Below are positions 1-9,656 of a stretch of 64,000 bases of DNA, piece after piece (position 1 is the first letter of the stretch; every line of letters begins with the position of its first letter). The notes beneath the pieces were generated by a model. That model was not told the origin of the DNA and ran no database searches. It saw only the letters and a program-made list of their open reading frames with translations. The position numbers and the translations under genes were made by a program. This DNA comes from a virus (lineage: Duplodnaviria > Caudoviricetes), in the IMG/VR virus record IMGVR_UViG_3300042305_001561, positions 895 to 64,894 of that record; one strand, written 5' to 3'.

Positions 1-552
1 CGATATTTCATTTGGCTGCGGCGTTTCAGCTTCTTCACCATCTTCAACTGCTGTATCTAGTTCTTTTATCTTGAATGTCTTTTTACAGCCGAATGGATTA
101 TTTACATATAAAAAGTAGCAGTTATAGCACAATAATTCAAGATTATCTCGCAGTTTGTTTTTTCTGTTACCGTCTATATAGTTCAGCAATAATGGTGTGG
201 CATTATCTATTCTGCGTGTATCAAAATTACACTTATTACATTTTTCTTCTATGCGGTTAGAACGTATCAATCTTACTTTGAGCCTGTTTGTGCTATAGTT
301 TGGATGTTTGTTGGCTAATATTTGAGCAAGTGGATACTTTCCGCTGTCTTCATTCTTGATGGCTTTGCTTATACCTTTGCCAGCCATATTAGCAACTCTG
401 CCATACACTCCATACATTTTGGCATATTTTCTATATGTCATGAACGAAACGCCCAACTTGCGGGCACATTCGGCTTCTGTCTTGCTTATACTTTGTGCCG
501 CAAGAACTTCGCTTTCAAGCAGCATTTTTCTTGGTCTTCCTTTTATTAGCAT
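1..552 (-). CDS. HTH + degenerate HNH-like zinc-finger protein (runs off window start)
   Basis: Manually translated, not in ORF track: MLIKGRPRK...ECARKLGVSFMTYRKYAK (HTH-like)...CNKC...LLLNYIDGNRKNKLRDNLELLCYNC. Confidence 0.7.
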   Translation of the reverse strand, partial: MLIKGRPRKMLLESEVLAAQSISKTEAECARKLGVSFMTYRKYAKMYGVYGRVANMAGKGISKAIKNEDSGKYPLAQILANKHPNYSTNRLKVRLIRSNRIEEKCNKCNFDTRRIDNATPLLLNYIDGNRKNKLRDNLELLCYNCYFLYVNNPFGCKKTFKIKELDTAVEDGEEAETPQPNEIS

Positions 553-555
553 ATA

Positions 556-834
556 TTATACAACCTTTTTATTGTTTGCTTTTGAAATGATAGTATCTGT
601 TGGATTTACTACAGCGACAAAGTCGCCAAGGTGTTTTTTATTTACAAGAAAACTTTCATTCTTTGTCCATATGAAAATATAGTTGTCTTGTTCGTGATAG
701 CAGCATTGCTTGAATACTTGTGTGCCTACATCCTTGATATGTAGATAAAGCGTTTCACTAAAGTCTTCTGGTGTTATATGACTTCCCCAATCTGATTGTA
801 GTTGTAACGCTTGTTTTTTTGTCATTTGTCCCAC
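556..834 (-). CDS. hypothetical protein
   Basis: ORF in operon arrangement. Confidence 0.6.
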   Translation of the reverse strand: MGQMTKKQALQLQSDWGSHITPEDFSETLYLHIKDVGTQVFKQCCYHEQDNYIFIWTKNESFLVNKKHLGDFVAVVNPTDTIISKANNKKVV

Positions 835-1181
835 TCCGACATTCCCATATCATCAACAGCCAAATCGTTTCCGGTTTGTGCCTTGTAGTTTTTTCGCAAA
901 TCTTGTGCCAATGAGTATTGAGCCGCATTGTTTAGACACAGATAGGCATTCACAAACTTTTCCGTCTTTGCTTTCTTGCTTTTTCTAATTACAAGCATGG
1001 CACCAATATTGAAATTGTCTGTCTTCTCCATTTCTTGTTCAATGGCTCGTGTGCCCGCTTCGATGATTTGAACTTCTTCTGTATCAAATGCATTAGTATC
1101 CAATGATACTGTTTGTACCCAGTCCGGGCCTTCAACATAGTATGTTACATTCTTTGTTTTAGAACTCATTTCATTATTCAT
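822..1181 (-). CDS. hypothetical protein
   Basis: ORF with TATTTAT motif directly upstream. Confidence 0.65.
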   Translation of the reverse strand: MNNEMSSKTKNVTYYVEGPDWVQTVSLDTNAFDTEEVQIIEAGTRAIEQEMEKTDNFNIGAMLVIRKSKKAKTEKFVNAYLCLNNAAQYSLAQDLRKNYKAQTGNDLAVDDMGMSEWDK

Positions 1182-1190
1182 ATATAAATA

Positions 1191-2870
1191 TCAGTTAAAA
1201 TCTGTTCCTATTGAAACATCGCCATCATTTATTGTGTCGAGTGCTTGTAGTTTTATTTTTACTTTTTCGCATACTTCTTCTTCGACGGTGTTGGCAACAA
1301 ACACTATTTTTTGTAGTGCCTTTGTCTTACCACCTTCACGCCATACTCTACCAAGTGCCTGTCGTAAGTCAACAGCAGAAGGTGTTGGAGACAATAAAGC
1401 TATTCTTGGATAGTTTCCATTTAGATCGTGCAGAGATAAGCCAGCGCCGCCAGCCTTTACATTGATTATAATAACTCTTTTTTTATCTGCTTGGAAGTCG
1501 GCAATGTTTCTATCACGCTCTTCGCCCTTGTTTTCTCCCCATACAACGCAGTTTGTATCCAATCTCTTGCTAAGTGCTCGCACAGTTTCGCTGAAGTTTA
1601 CAAATATTGCTACACTCATGCCATCTTCTATGGCATCTTCTGCCATTTCAACAAACAACGGAACCTTGATAAGTTCTGCCTGCTGTCTGGCACGCAGCAT
1701 GATTGTCATAGCATTTAGTTTATATTCTTTGGTATTCTTACATACAGCCTTTAGATATGCGAGTTCTTTGTCCATTTCCTCGTATATCTTCTTTAGTTCT
1801 TTCTCTGATTGTTCATCTATGTTATATGCTTCAGCAAGCACATCGCAGTCGGGAAATCCTTTGATGTCTTCACGGCGTATTCTTACGCCACGTTCCAAAA
1901 ACAAATCAGCGTGTAGTTTTCTCAATACATCCTTGTCTCCATTGAACTCCCAACCAAATCTACCTTTTTCACAACCGTGTTCACGCAAAAATGTTGTCCA
2001 TTTGCCGTTCTTGTATATTCCTGTAATAAGTCCTACAGTTTTTAGTTCTATAGGATTGATGGCGTTAGTGGCACTACAGCATAGTATCTTATAACCTTGC
2101 TTGTGTGCCGCAATGGCGATTTCAGAGTTAATAGTACCATGTCCTTTTAGACGATGACTCTCATCAAATATGATAAGAGTATTCTTGGCTATGTTCCATT
2201 GAAAATACTCTCGGTTGCTTGTACGACTAATCGGCTTCCAACATCCAATTTCCTTATATTTCCCCGTCTTTACAGATTCATAGTTGAGTATAAACTCTGG
2301 CTTCAATCCGTAATGCTTGGTAATAACTTTTTGCCACGAAGATATAACTGCTTTGGGACATACCACGGCGATTTTCATACCAAGTTCTCTGGCAACAGCA
2401 ACCGCAGCATATGTTTTTCCTGCACCAGTATCACTGCCATCCAGTGCTGCTCCGTGAGCCTTGATTGCTGAACACAACTTGGCTACTATAGGAACTTGAA
2501 ACTCCCTCAACCCCGCCGTCTGCTTAACCTGATAATCTTCAAGACTGCTCTTTGTAGGAATATCAACCTTCTTAGCAGGATTATCTTGCCCAAAATCTTG
2601 ACGAAAATCTGACTTATAAGTCTGCCATTCATATAATGCCCATTGATTGAGTTTGTTTTTTCCGATGCTATATCCCTGTGCCTTCAGCTTTACTTTATTA
2701 TTGTTCCAAAATACAAAAAATCCCTCAAGATAGTCTTGAGGTATAACCCACCAGCGAACCCACTTTTGACCATACTTGGTGTATGTCTTATTGGGCTCTG
2801 ACCAGTTGATGAATAGTTTTTTGTCAGTTCCCATGAACGTCTTTGCTGCGAATAAATCTGTCCGCTTCAA
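1191..2870 (-). CDS. SF2 (SNF2/DEAD-like) helicase; true start may be 2834
   Basis: Walker A DTGAGKT, DESH, SAT, GGAGLSL, QALGRVWR. Confidence 0.9.
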   Translation of the reverse strand: MKRTDLFAAKTFMGTDKKLFINWSEPNKTYTKYGQKWVRWWVIPQDYLEGFFVFWNNNKVKLKAQGYSIGKNKLNQWALYEWQTYKSDFRQDFGQDNPAKKVDIPTKSSLEDYQVKQTAGLREFQVPIVAKLCSAIKAHGAALDGSDTGAGKTYAAVAVARELGMKIAVVCPKAVISSWQKVITKHYGLKPEFILNYESVKTGKYKEIGCWKPISRTSNREYFQWNIAKNTLIIFDESHRLKGHGTINSEIAIAAHKQGYKILCCSATNAINPIELKTVGLITGIYKNGKWTTFLREHGCEKGRFGWEFNGDKDVLRKLHADLFLERGVRIRREDIKGFPDCDVLAEAYNIDEQSEKELKKIYEEMDKELAYLKAVCKNTKEYKLNAMTIMLRARQQAELIKVPLFVEMAEDAIEDGMSVAIFVNFSETVRALSKRLDTNCVVWGENKGEERDRNIADFQADKKRVIIINVKAGGAGLSLHDLNGNYPRIALLSPTPSAVDLRQALGRVWREGGKTKALQKIVFVANTVEEEVCEKVKIKLQALDTINDGDVSIGTDFN

Positions 2871-3141
2871 AGATATTACATTTTACAGGACTAGAGTCCT
2901 TACGAATAACGCCAATATTGAAATATTGTTCCATCATTTCGTAAAATGCTCTGCCGGTAGGTTCGTCGGCAGAATGCCCAACACTCTCAGCATTGTTCAT
3001 ATATTGAGCACGAGTATGCTTAAACTGACGCTGACACATTACTTCTAAATGTTTAATAACGCCAGGTATGCTTTCAAACAGCATTACTGGATTTTTACCG
3101 TTTTGTTTGACGGTACTATCTACGATATAATATTTTGACAT
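2824..3141 (-). CDS. hypothetical protein
   Basis: ORF overlapping the helicase start. Confidence 0.6.
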   Translation of the reverse strand: MSKYYIVDSTVKQNGKNPVMLFESIPGVIKHLEVMCQRQFKHTRAQYMNNAESVGHSADEPTGRAFYEMMEQYFNIGVIRKDSSPVKCNIFEADRFIRSKDVHGN

Positions 3142-3163
3142 ATGACCTTTGTATAAGTTGTTT

Positions 3164-3319
3164 TTAGCCTAATCTCAAATCGCCCGTGATCCTAACAAGA
3201 TGAGTAACGTCGTTCTTGAGCCAAATATCACCATTTGCGTCAACGTCTATTAGATTGAGATCAACCGCCTGTTGAACAGTGATAGGATTATTTTGATAAT
3301 AAATTTGTCCGGTGTACAT
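3164..3319 (-). CDS. small hypothetical protein (51 aa)
   Basis: Manual translation MYTGQIYYQNNPITVQQAVDLNLIDVD...; fills the operon gap. Confidence 0.5.
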   Translation of the reverse strand: MYTGQIYYQNNPITVQQAVDLNLIDVDANGDIWLKNDVTHLVRITGDLRLG

Positions 3320-3320
3320 A

Positions 3321-3893
3321 TTATTTTAGTTCTAAGGTTATATCTGAATTAAAATTTACAAACCCGGTTCCGGAACCGTGTCCATACTTTGTTATGTCTT
3401 GCTTTGGATGCGACAATTCATTCCAAAATCTACGCATTTCATCGTTTAGATAAATATCATCACACAACATAATACCTGTCCAGTTATTTTTTGTTAAAAA
3501 TTGATACAGCCAGATCTCATTGTTGTATAAATGGTCAATGTCCAAAAAAATAAAAGAGGAAGCAAGAATAGTATCTTGAATATTTTTATCTGTATGAAAA
3601 TCTCCTACACAAAAGTTAATGTTTTTTAATGGTATTTTTTCCTTAAATACGCCCACGTCCAGACTAAATACTTGATTGCTTTTATTTTGTGCCAATGCCG
3701 TTGCTGATGCCCCTCTGTACGTTCCTATATCTGCAATTTTTATATTGTTAAAACAATTCGTTAAATAGATCAACAATCTGTAATGCTCTCTTCCCGATTG
3801 GAGGTGAAACCATTGCTGCATTTGTGGATGCACATAATCTACTCGTGTTGTATCTATTGCATCCAACACATCGTTTGATAACGTAATATTCAT
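3321..3893 (-). CDS. class I SAM-dependent methyltransferase
   Basis: DIGTYRGAS motif I, FIFLDIDH, LCDD. Confidence 0.75.
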   Translation of the reverse strand: MNITLSNDVLDAIDTTRVDYVHPQMQQWFHLQSGREHYRLLIYLTNCFNNIKIADIGTYRGASATALAQNKSNQVFSLDVGVFKEKIPLKNINFCVGDFHTDKNIQDTILASSFIFLDIDHLYNNEIWLYQFLTKNNWTGIMLCDDIYLNDEMRRFWNELSHPKQDITKYGHGSGTGFVNFNSDITLELK

Positions 3894-3961
3894 ATGTATA
3901 TATATAAGATTGAAAGCATAATGAACGTTGATAATGTGTTTGTCAACATATATTTATATAC

Positions 3962-4363
3962 ATGGCTTTACTAAAGAAAATACTAGAACAACAAGGTGGT
4001 GATATAGAAAATAAAGTGGCGGCATTTGAACGCACGCTACAATCATCATACCCAGAGTTGGATAAAGTAGGAATGTATTATGATCGTAGTAATGGCAGTT
4101 TGTTTCTTAGCGACCTTTATGTAAAAGAAGAGCACAGAGGAACTGGTGTAGGCACAAAAGTGATGAATAGCATTACAAAGTTTGCTGATACTGAAAACTT
4201 GCCTATTGTGCTAATACCAGAGCCAGATGATGATAATGTTTCGCCAAAAAAGTTGATGGATTTTTATAAGAAGTTTGGATTTATAATAAACAAAGGCAAA
4301 CGTATGGATTATACATTTAGTATGCCTTTTGCTACAACGATGTATAGAATGCCAAAAAGTTGA
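3962..4363 (+). CDS. GNAT acetyltransferase with MALLKKILE leader
   Basis: LYVKEEHRGTGVGT acetyl-CoA motif, FYKKFGF. Confidence 0.8.
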   Translation: MALLKKILEQQGGDIENKVAAFERTLQSSYPELDKVGMYYDRSNGSLFLSDLYVKEEHRGTGVGTKVMNSITKFADTENLPIVLIPEPDDDNVSPKKLMDFYKKFGFIINKGKRMDYTFSMPFATTMYRMPKS

Positions 4364-5479
4364 TTACTTCTTTTTGGTTGTTAGCCTGCCGTATTCAGCA
4401 AGTTTTTGATCTATATACTTTTCTATAGTCTTGTCTGCCACTTCAACAACTTCTCCACTCTTATTGGTCTTGTATTTTGTGTTCCATTCTTGCAGGCTCT
4501 TTTTTACCTGACCATATGTTTCGCCAGAAGTTTCCTTGAGATCTTGTATGGCGTTGACCATATTGTCATTACTTGTTTCAGCAATATTGTGTCTGTATAA
4601 TACATAACCAATGGCAGCGGCGGCTCCAACCAATCCGACCGTAAGTACCATCCAAGGTTGAATATACATTATTGCTACGGCTACAAATGCAAGCACAAAT
4701 GATATAACTGCTAATCCACCCTTACCAACCGGAGAATATACTGCACCAGCCATCGCTATTGCTGCTCCTATGCCACACCATATCATTATTTCACGTTTGG
4801 TCTTTTCAAGTTTTTCCGCACTTTCGCGTCTTTCTTTTTCGGCAGTAATGGCTGCGGCGGATGAAGCAAGTGCTTCGCTGTTTGCTTGATTCACTTTTTC
4901 CTGTGCTACTGTTATTTGTTTGGCAGCAGTTTCTTTGATTTCTTCTTTTTGTACTTGAAGTTGTTTTACTTCTTGCTTTGCTTCTTCTGTAGTTTTTACT
5001 AATACTCCCTTTTCCGCCAACAACTTTTCGTTTTCTTCCTGAAGTCGCTTTATTTCATCCTTGTTATCTTTATCAAACGCATCAATGTATTCTTGTAGTT
5101 TTTTTGGACCATTCAGTATTTCGTCGATAGTTGGAGATTTACCAAGAGCAGCAAAGCCAAGTCCAGTTTCACGCTTTGAATACTCAAATGCACCAACCTT
5201 TGGAAAAAAAGCATATGCTTGGTTTATAGAATATAACGAGTTTGCCGCACTCTGTATCTGCTTTTCTTGAGCGGTTATAACACTGTCTTTTGCAGCAGAT
5301 ATACGTTCTTGAACTTCAATCAAATCCTTGTTGTATTTGTCTTTTAGTTCTTTTAGTTGCGACTCTGCTTGTGCTTTTTTGACATACTTATCTTCCAAGT
5401 CTTTTTGTGTCATTGCCACATACGATTGGCAACCAGTAAGCATCAATAGCATCGCAAACAATAAAACCGTTGCTTTCAT
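4364..5479 (-). CDS. lipoprotein with long coiled coil and C-terminal TM helices
   Basis: Lipobox LTGC, K/E/Q-rich helix, hydrophobic segments from IMIWCGIG to IGYVLY. Confidence 0.65.
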   Translation of the reverse strand: MKATVLLFAMLLMLTGCQSYVAMTQKDLEDKYVKKAQAESQLKELKDKYNKDLIEVQERISAAKDSVITAQEKQIQSAANSLYSINQAYAFFPKVGAFEYSKRETGLGFAALGKSPTIDEILNGPKKLQEYIDAFDKDNKDEIKRLQEENEKLLAEKGVLVKTTEEAKQEVKQLQVQKEEIKETAAKQITVAQEKVNQANSEALASSAAAITAEKERRESAEKLEKTKREIMIWCGIGAAIAMAGAVYSPVGKGGLAVISFVLAFVAVAIMYIQPWMVLTVGLVGAAAAIGYVLYRHNIAETSNDNMVNAIQDLKETSGETYGQVKKSLQEWNTKYKTNKSGEVVEVADKTIEKYIDQKLAEYGRLTTKKK

Positions 5480-5480
5480 A

Positions 5481-5837
5481 TTATTGTAGTGTTAGATCGC
5501 CTTGAAACTTTACACCCAAAACTTTTTCTACAAGTTTTAATGCGGCATTTTGATTTCCGGCATTTACAAGATCATCAAACTGTTGTTTTTCGGCGTCAGT
5601 TGCTTTCTCAAAAAACTTGAACACTTCCATTATACCAGCATTGTTGGCATAAATCGCTTCTTTCATCGCAGGCGTTTCTTTTTTATTATGCTTATCAGTA
5701 TCAAACGCATTTATTGTCCAACGACCAGACATATCACTAGTAATGCCAGCGTGCGGTTCTTTTATCTCCGAACCTCCTTCGTTTATTGCTTCCTGTATAA
5801 GAAAGCAATAATGGTCAATTGGATCATAGTTTACCAT
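5481..5837 (-). CDS. hypothetical protein (LIQEAINE leader-like)
   Basis: ORF coupled to upstream gene. Confidence 0.55.
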   Translation of the reverse strand: MVNYDPIDHYCFLIQEAINEGGSEIKEPHAGITSDMSGRWTINAFDTDKHNKKETPAMKEAIYANNAGIMEVFKFFEKATDAEKQQFDDLVNAGNQNAALKLVEKVLGVKFQGDLTLQ

Positions 5838-7390
5838 TTTTCGTGAATGCCTGCTTGGATTTGGCTTGCGAAGTGGTTTAGTGGATCTGCTATACCAGTG
5901 ATGGTTGGTGTTTTTCCATACACCACCGTATTCTTGTCATTGACTACCTTTGTTTCCGGTGCGGTTAGGTTGGTTGACTTCAATGGTTTTGGCGATCCAC
6001 TTCCTAAACCGGACGTAGTTAATTTGCTTTGACTATCTGTGTCCGAACATATAGGAGCAGCAAGTGTTACTACTACTGTATCTATGTTGCCTGGCTCTTG
6101 TTCGATTTCGGAATCTTGTTCGTCTCCGTGACCAAGTCCAGCAGCGTTCAGTTTACTGTAATATCTAGGATCTTCTGCCAAATGATCCATAGCAATTTTT
6201 CTTGCCAGTTCTTCATCTTGGGTATGTTCTTTTTCAACGTCAATACCCATTGCTAACTCTGTGGTGTCAATGTTTTCCATAATTTTTCCTTGTTTGTCTG
6301 ATTTAAAATACATATCCAAGTCGCTATAATACTTGGGATTGGTTTCTAGGTTTTTGATTACGATTGGGCGAGCAACATCTTTGCTTGGATATTCCATATG
6401 TTTCATTTCCCAACGTAGTCCCGCCATAATTTCATCTGAATCAAATCTGTCATCTTTCAGGTCATCTTGTGTGATTGTATCATATAATGAACTACCAATC
6501 ACGGTATTGCCTTGCATATATGTGTATCTACGGCTTGCTGGATAATCTTTTAGTCGGCGTGATGTTTGATTGCTTGAGAATGTGCCTGCCCAGTTAGTTG
6601 GAGCAACTCCGCCACCAGCCATTGCTCCGCCGCCATATCCTGCCGATTGACCAACGTAATATTCCGACAAGGTCAGTTGAGAATTCAATACCATCAATTT
6701 TTGTCCCGTCCCGCCGAGCTTTATGACCGATCCATCTTGAGTCATTTGCACCACTGTTCCGGTTTTGCCGTGCCAATCCAAATCATCTGGCGTATTCATC
6801 GTGACTTTGTCGCCAACTTTTATTGTTTTTTCAGTATCGTCCATAATGATTGTTTCGTTCGTAAACGGGTCGTCGGTTGATTCGTTCGCGGATATAACCG
6901 CGTGTGGCATTCTATGAATGTTGCCGAACGGAAATACTGGATCAGCAACAGCTTTAGCCCCGCGCTTGAATCCAAATCTTTTGTAAAAATCCATCAATCT
7001 TTTGGATGACTCAGTCGATTTATACACTTTTTTGTCAATGATATCATAGCCGGGATCTCCAGACCATCCTTTGTCTGCAAGATATCCCGTAATCACAAGA
7101 TCGTTGTCGTCCGCTATTTTGCACAACTTTTTCATGAAACTCGTGCCCGTTCCTTTTTCTGCACGTTTCAATGCTCGCATAGACATTATCTGCATTTCTT
7201 TAGCAGTTGGATTTTCTTCCCGTTTTACAATTTTTGGTACTATTTCAATTGTAGCCTCCAGCTTTCCGGCATATGAGTTGATCAATTCATCAACTTCATT
7301 TTGGATATCCCAAGATCCTTTTCTCGCCGTTGCTTCATCCGATATGCGCAAATCATCCATAAAGCATTCCTTTTTTGATTGTTGGCTCAT
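5831..7390 (-). CDS. multidomain protein: GNAT-like, SH3/KOW-like and two DUF5661-like repeats
   Basis: KGTGTSFM...FYKRFGF; IKVGDKV...GKTGTVV; ELAMGIDVEKEHT...IAMDHLAEDPRYYSKL plus a second degenerate copy. Confidence 0.6.
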   Translation of the reverse strand: MSQQSKKECFMDDLRISDEATARKGSWDIQNEVDELINSYAGKLEATIEIVPKIVKREENPTAKEMQIMSMRALKRAEKGTGTSFMKKLCKIADDNDLVITGYLADKGWSGDPGYDIIDKKVYKSTESSKRLMDFYKRFGFKRGAKAVADPVFPFGNIHRMPHAVISANESTDDPFTNETIIMDDTEKTIKVGDKVTMNTPDDLDWHGKTGTVVQMTQDGSVIKLGGTGQKLMVLNSQLTLSEYYVGQSAGYGGGAMAGGGVAPTNWAGTFSSNQTSRRLKDYPASRRYTYMQGNTVIGSSLYDTITQDDLKDDRFDSDEIMAGLRWEMKHMEYPSKDVARPIVIKNLETNPKYYSDLDMYFKSDKQGKIMENIDTTELAMGIDVEKEHTQDEELARKIAMDHLAEDPRYYSKLNAAGLGHGDEQDSEIEQEPGNIDTVVVTLAAPICSDTDSQSKLTTSGLGSGSPKPLKSTNLTAPETKVVNDKNTVVYGKTPTITGIADPLNHFASQIQAGIHEKW

Positions 7391-7646
7391 TACGCACTCC
7401 TATTTTTCCTTTTAGCATATTGAGTGCTGCTCTTGGATTCATCTTGCCAAAATTCACGCCAAGAATACCGTGTTCATTACAAAATTTTTCCAGTTCCTTT
7501 ACATCTTCGGGATTATATTCCATAGTGGCTGGTTCAGATGAACGATTCTTCAGCATATTTGTAATATCTGATAAAGATACTTCGTCCTTTGCTTTACCAG
7601 ATGGTCTAAGCATAGATCTATTTAGCATTGGCCAAGATTCGTTCAT
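7353..7646 (-). CDS. hypothetical protein
   Basis: Start at MNESW, after a TATTTAT motif. Confidence 0.55.
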   Translation of the reverse strand: MNESWPMLNRSMLRPSGKAKDEVSLSDITNMLKNRSSEPATMEYNPEDVKELEKFCNEHGILGVNFGKMNPRAALNMLKGKIGVRNEPTIKKGMLYG

Positions 7647-7689
7647 ATATATGGTCTTATATAAATATAATCCAACAGCACTAATACGA

Positions 7690-8115
7690 TTATTTATAAC
7701 TGCCAAGACCCAACTTCTTCTTTTCGTCGTCTGTTAGTATATTTTTGATGAAATGTTTGGTGTATCTGCCAGAAAGTATGTTTGCCTCATCTTCTATCTC
7801 GCCGCCGATCTCTTGTTGTGGACCAGATATTCTGCCATCAACATCCTGCTTCATATGAGCCAGTTCATGTGCAATTGTTCTACAATAATCTACAAGATGT
7901 CGCCCGCCCGCTATACTACTTACTGTTTTATCTTTTGGACTATATGCCCCAGTAGTAATAGGTTCACTTGGATTAGGTCCAAGCAATCTGATAGTAATAG
8001 GCGTATCATCCAATCCAAGTTGCTCAACAGCATATTTTACATACTTGGCAATAAGACGTTGACTATCTTCGTCTATTTTAGGGCATCCTTTGACTATTAC
8101 TAACTTAGCATTCAT
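7690..8115 (-). CDS. HEXXH zinc-metallopeptidase-like protein
   Basis: RTIAHELAHMKQ...IEDEAN. Confidence 0.7.
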   Translation of the reverse strand: MNAKLVIVKGCPKIDEDSQRLIAKYVKYAVEQLGLDDTPITIRLLGPNPSEPITTGAYSPKDKTVSSIAGGRHLVDYCRTIAHELAHMKQDVDGRISGPQQEIGGEIEDEANILSGRYTKHFIKNILTDDEKKKLGLGSYK

Positions 8116-8191
8116 AATAATAAATATATACCACTTTATATAAATTGACACTTTTTTAGGTGCCCCTAAAATAGGTGACCTAAAATAAATT

Positions 8192-9271
8192 ATGCAAAAA
8201 TCACAATATCTATCATATCAGGACGTTTTTCTAAAGCCGCACTACTCAAAGTATCATTCTCGTTCAGACGCAGATGTTTCTGTAGAATTTGGACCAAAGA
8301 AGTTCAAGTTGCCTGTTACTCCCGCTAATATGAAATGCACCATTGATGCCAAGACGGCAAAATGGATGAGTGAAAATGACTATTTTTATGTGATGCATCG
8401 CTTCAATATCAGCCATCACGACACTCCTAATACTGATAATATCAACTTCATTGAGAAAGCCAATGAAGAGAACTGGAAGAACATCAGCATCAGCCTTGGC
8501 GTAAAGCAGGAAGATATGGATCTGGTTGAGCATTGTATCAAAAAGAATCTTCGTATTGATTATATCACAATTGATATTGCTCACGCACACAGCGTGCGAA
8601 TGAAGGAAATGCTTGCTTATATTATGCGTATGTATCGCAGCAGCATTTGCTCGGTTGAAAAGCCTTTTATCATCGCGGGAAATGTGGCAACACCCGCAGC
8701 GGTTGTTGATCTTGAAAACTGGGGAGCAGACAGCGTGAAGGTTGGTATTGCTCAAGGCGATGCCTGCACTACATATGGTCAGACTGGATTTGGTATGCCT
8801 ATGTTTACTTGTATGCTGGAATGTTCTGCTGCTGCCAGAAAGCCATTGGTCGCTGATGGTGGAATTAGAATGAATGGAGATATTGCCAAGGCTATTCGTG
8901 CTGGCGGTCAGATGGTTATGGTAGGCAGTGTGTTTGCTGCTTGCGTTGATTCTCCCGCCGAAACTATCCAGAAGGTTGTAAGAATGAACGAACTTAAAGA
9001 AACAATGAAGGTCAGCCCAAAAGGAGTTCTTGAACAAAGTCTGGATGAAATGCTTGCCAAGAAAAAGTATAAGCAGTATTACGGCTCTGCTTCTGCCATC
9101 AACAAAGGCTCAAATACTCACGTCGAGGGAAGATTGGTTACGCTCGAATGTAATGGATTTACATACGAACAGAAACTCAAGGAAATGACCGAAAGCCTAC
9201 AAAGCAGTATGTCATATGCCGGTGGAGACATTCGCCTCGCTGATTGGGGTATTATCTACCACAAACACTAA
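8192..9271 (+). CDS. guaC: GMP reductase
   Basis: PANM, IDIAHAHS, AGNVAT, KVGIAQGDACTT, ADGGIR, YYGSAS; TTGACA promoter upstream. Confidence 0.9.
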   Translation: MQKSQYLSYQDVFLKPHYSKYHSRSDADVSVEFGPKKFKLPVTPANMKCTIDAKTAKWMSENDYFYVMHRFNISHHDTPNTDNINFIEKANEENWKNISISLGVKQEDMDLVEHCIKKNLRIDYITIDIAHAHSVRMKEMLAYIMRMYRSSICSVEKPFIIAGNVATPAAVVDLENWGADSVKVGIAQGDACTTYGQTGFGMPMFTCMLECSAAARKPLVADGGIRMNGDIAKAIRAGGQMVMVGSVFAACVDSPAETIQKVVRMNELKETMKVSPKGVLEQSLDEMLAKKKYKQYYGSASAINKGSNTHVEGRLVTLECNGFTYEQKLKEMTESLQSSMSYAGGDIRLADWGIIYHKH

Positions 9272-9329
9272 AGCAACTTACGGAGAAAATCCAAGTGATT
9301 TACTCCTTCATACTTGCTCAAATAATAAC

Positions 9330-9362
9330 AAAACGCCGCTACAACAGCGGCGTTTTCTTTTT
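9330..9362 (+). terminator. rho-independent terminator
   Basis: AAAACGCCGCT-ACAAC-AGCGGCGTTTT then T tract. Confidence 0.75.
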
Positions 9363-9430
9363 CTAGTTTTTGAGACAGTTCCAGATATTTGCTATCACGG
9401 AACAATTCAAGATAGTCTACACACTTATCA

Positions 9431-9592
9431 TCAACGCTCATCTTCTTCTATATGAGCGTCTTTTTGTTTAGGCTTATTCTTTCCTTTTTTCTTGGGACGA
9501 AATTTTTCAAACTTTTCAGTTTCAATTTCGTCGAGTTCTTCTACGTCAATGTTTGAATAATCTTCTTTGTATCTATAATTATTTTTGCTCAT
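9431..9592 (-). CDS. small charged protein (53 aa)
   Basis: Manual translation MSKNNYRYKEDYSNIDVEELDE...; TATTTAT upstream. Confidence 0.5.
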   Translation of the reverse strand: MSKNNYRYKEDYSNIDVEELDEIETEKFEKFRPKKKGKNKPKQKDAHIEEDER

Positions 9593-9656
9593 GTTATTCT
9601 GCAATAAACTTTACAAATATAAATATAAGGCAAAAAATAAAACAATTAACTATAAA

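Noticed and set aside
9272-9430. Riboswitch or sRNA after guaC (two extra hairpins around the terminator)
   Set aside because: Lies 3' of convergent genes with no recognisable aptamer; explained as terminator or UTR structure.
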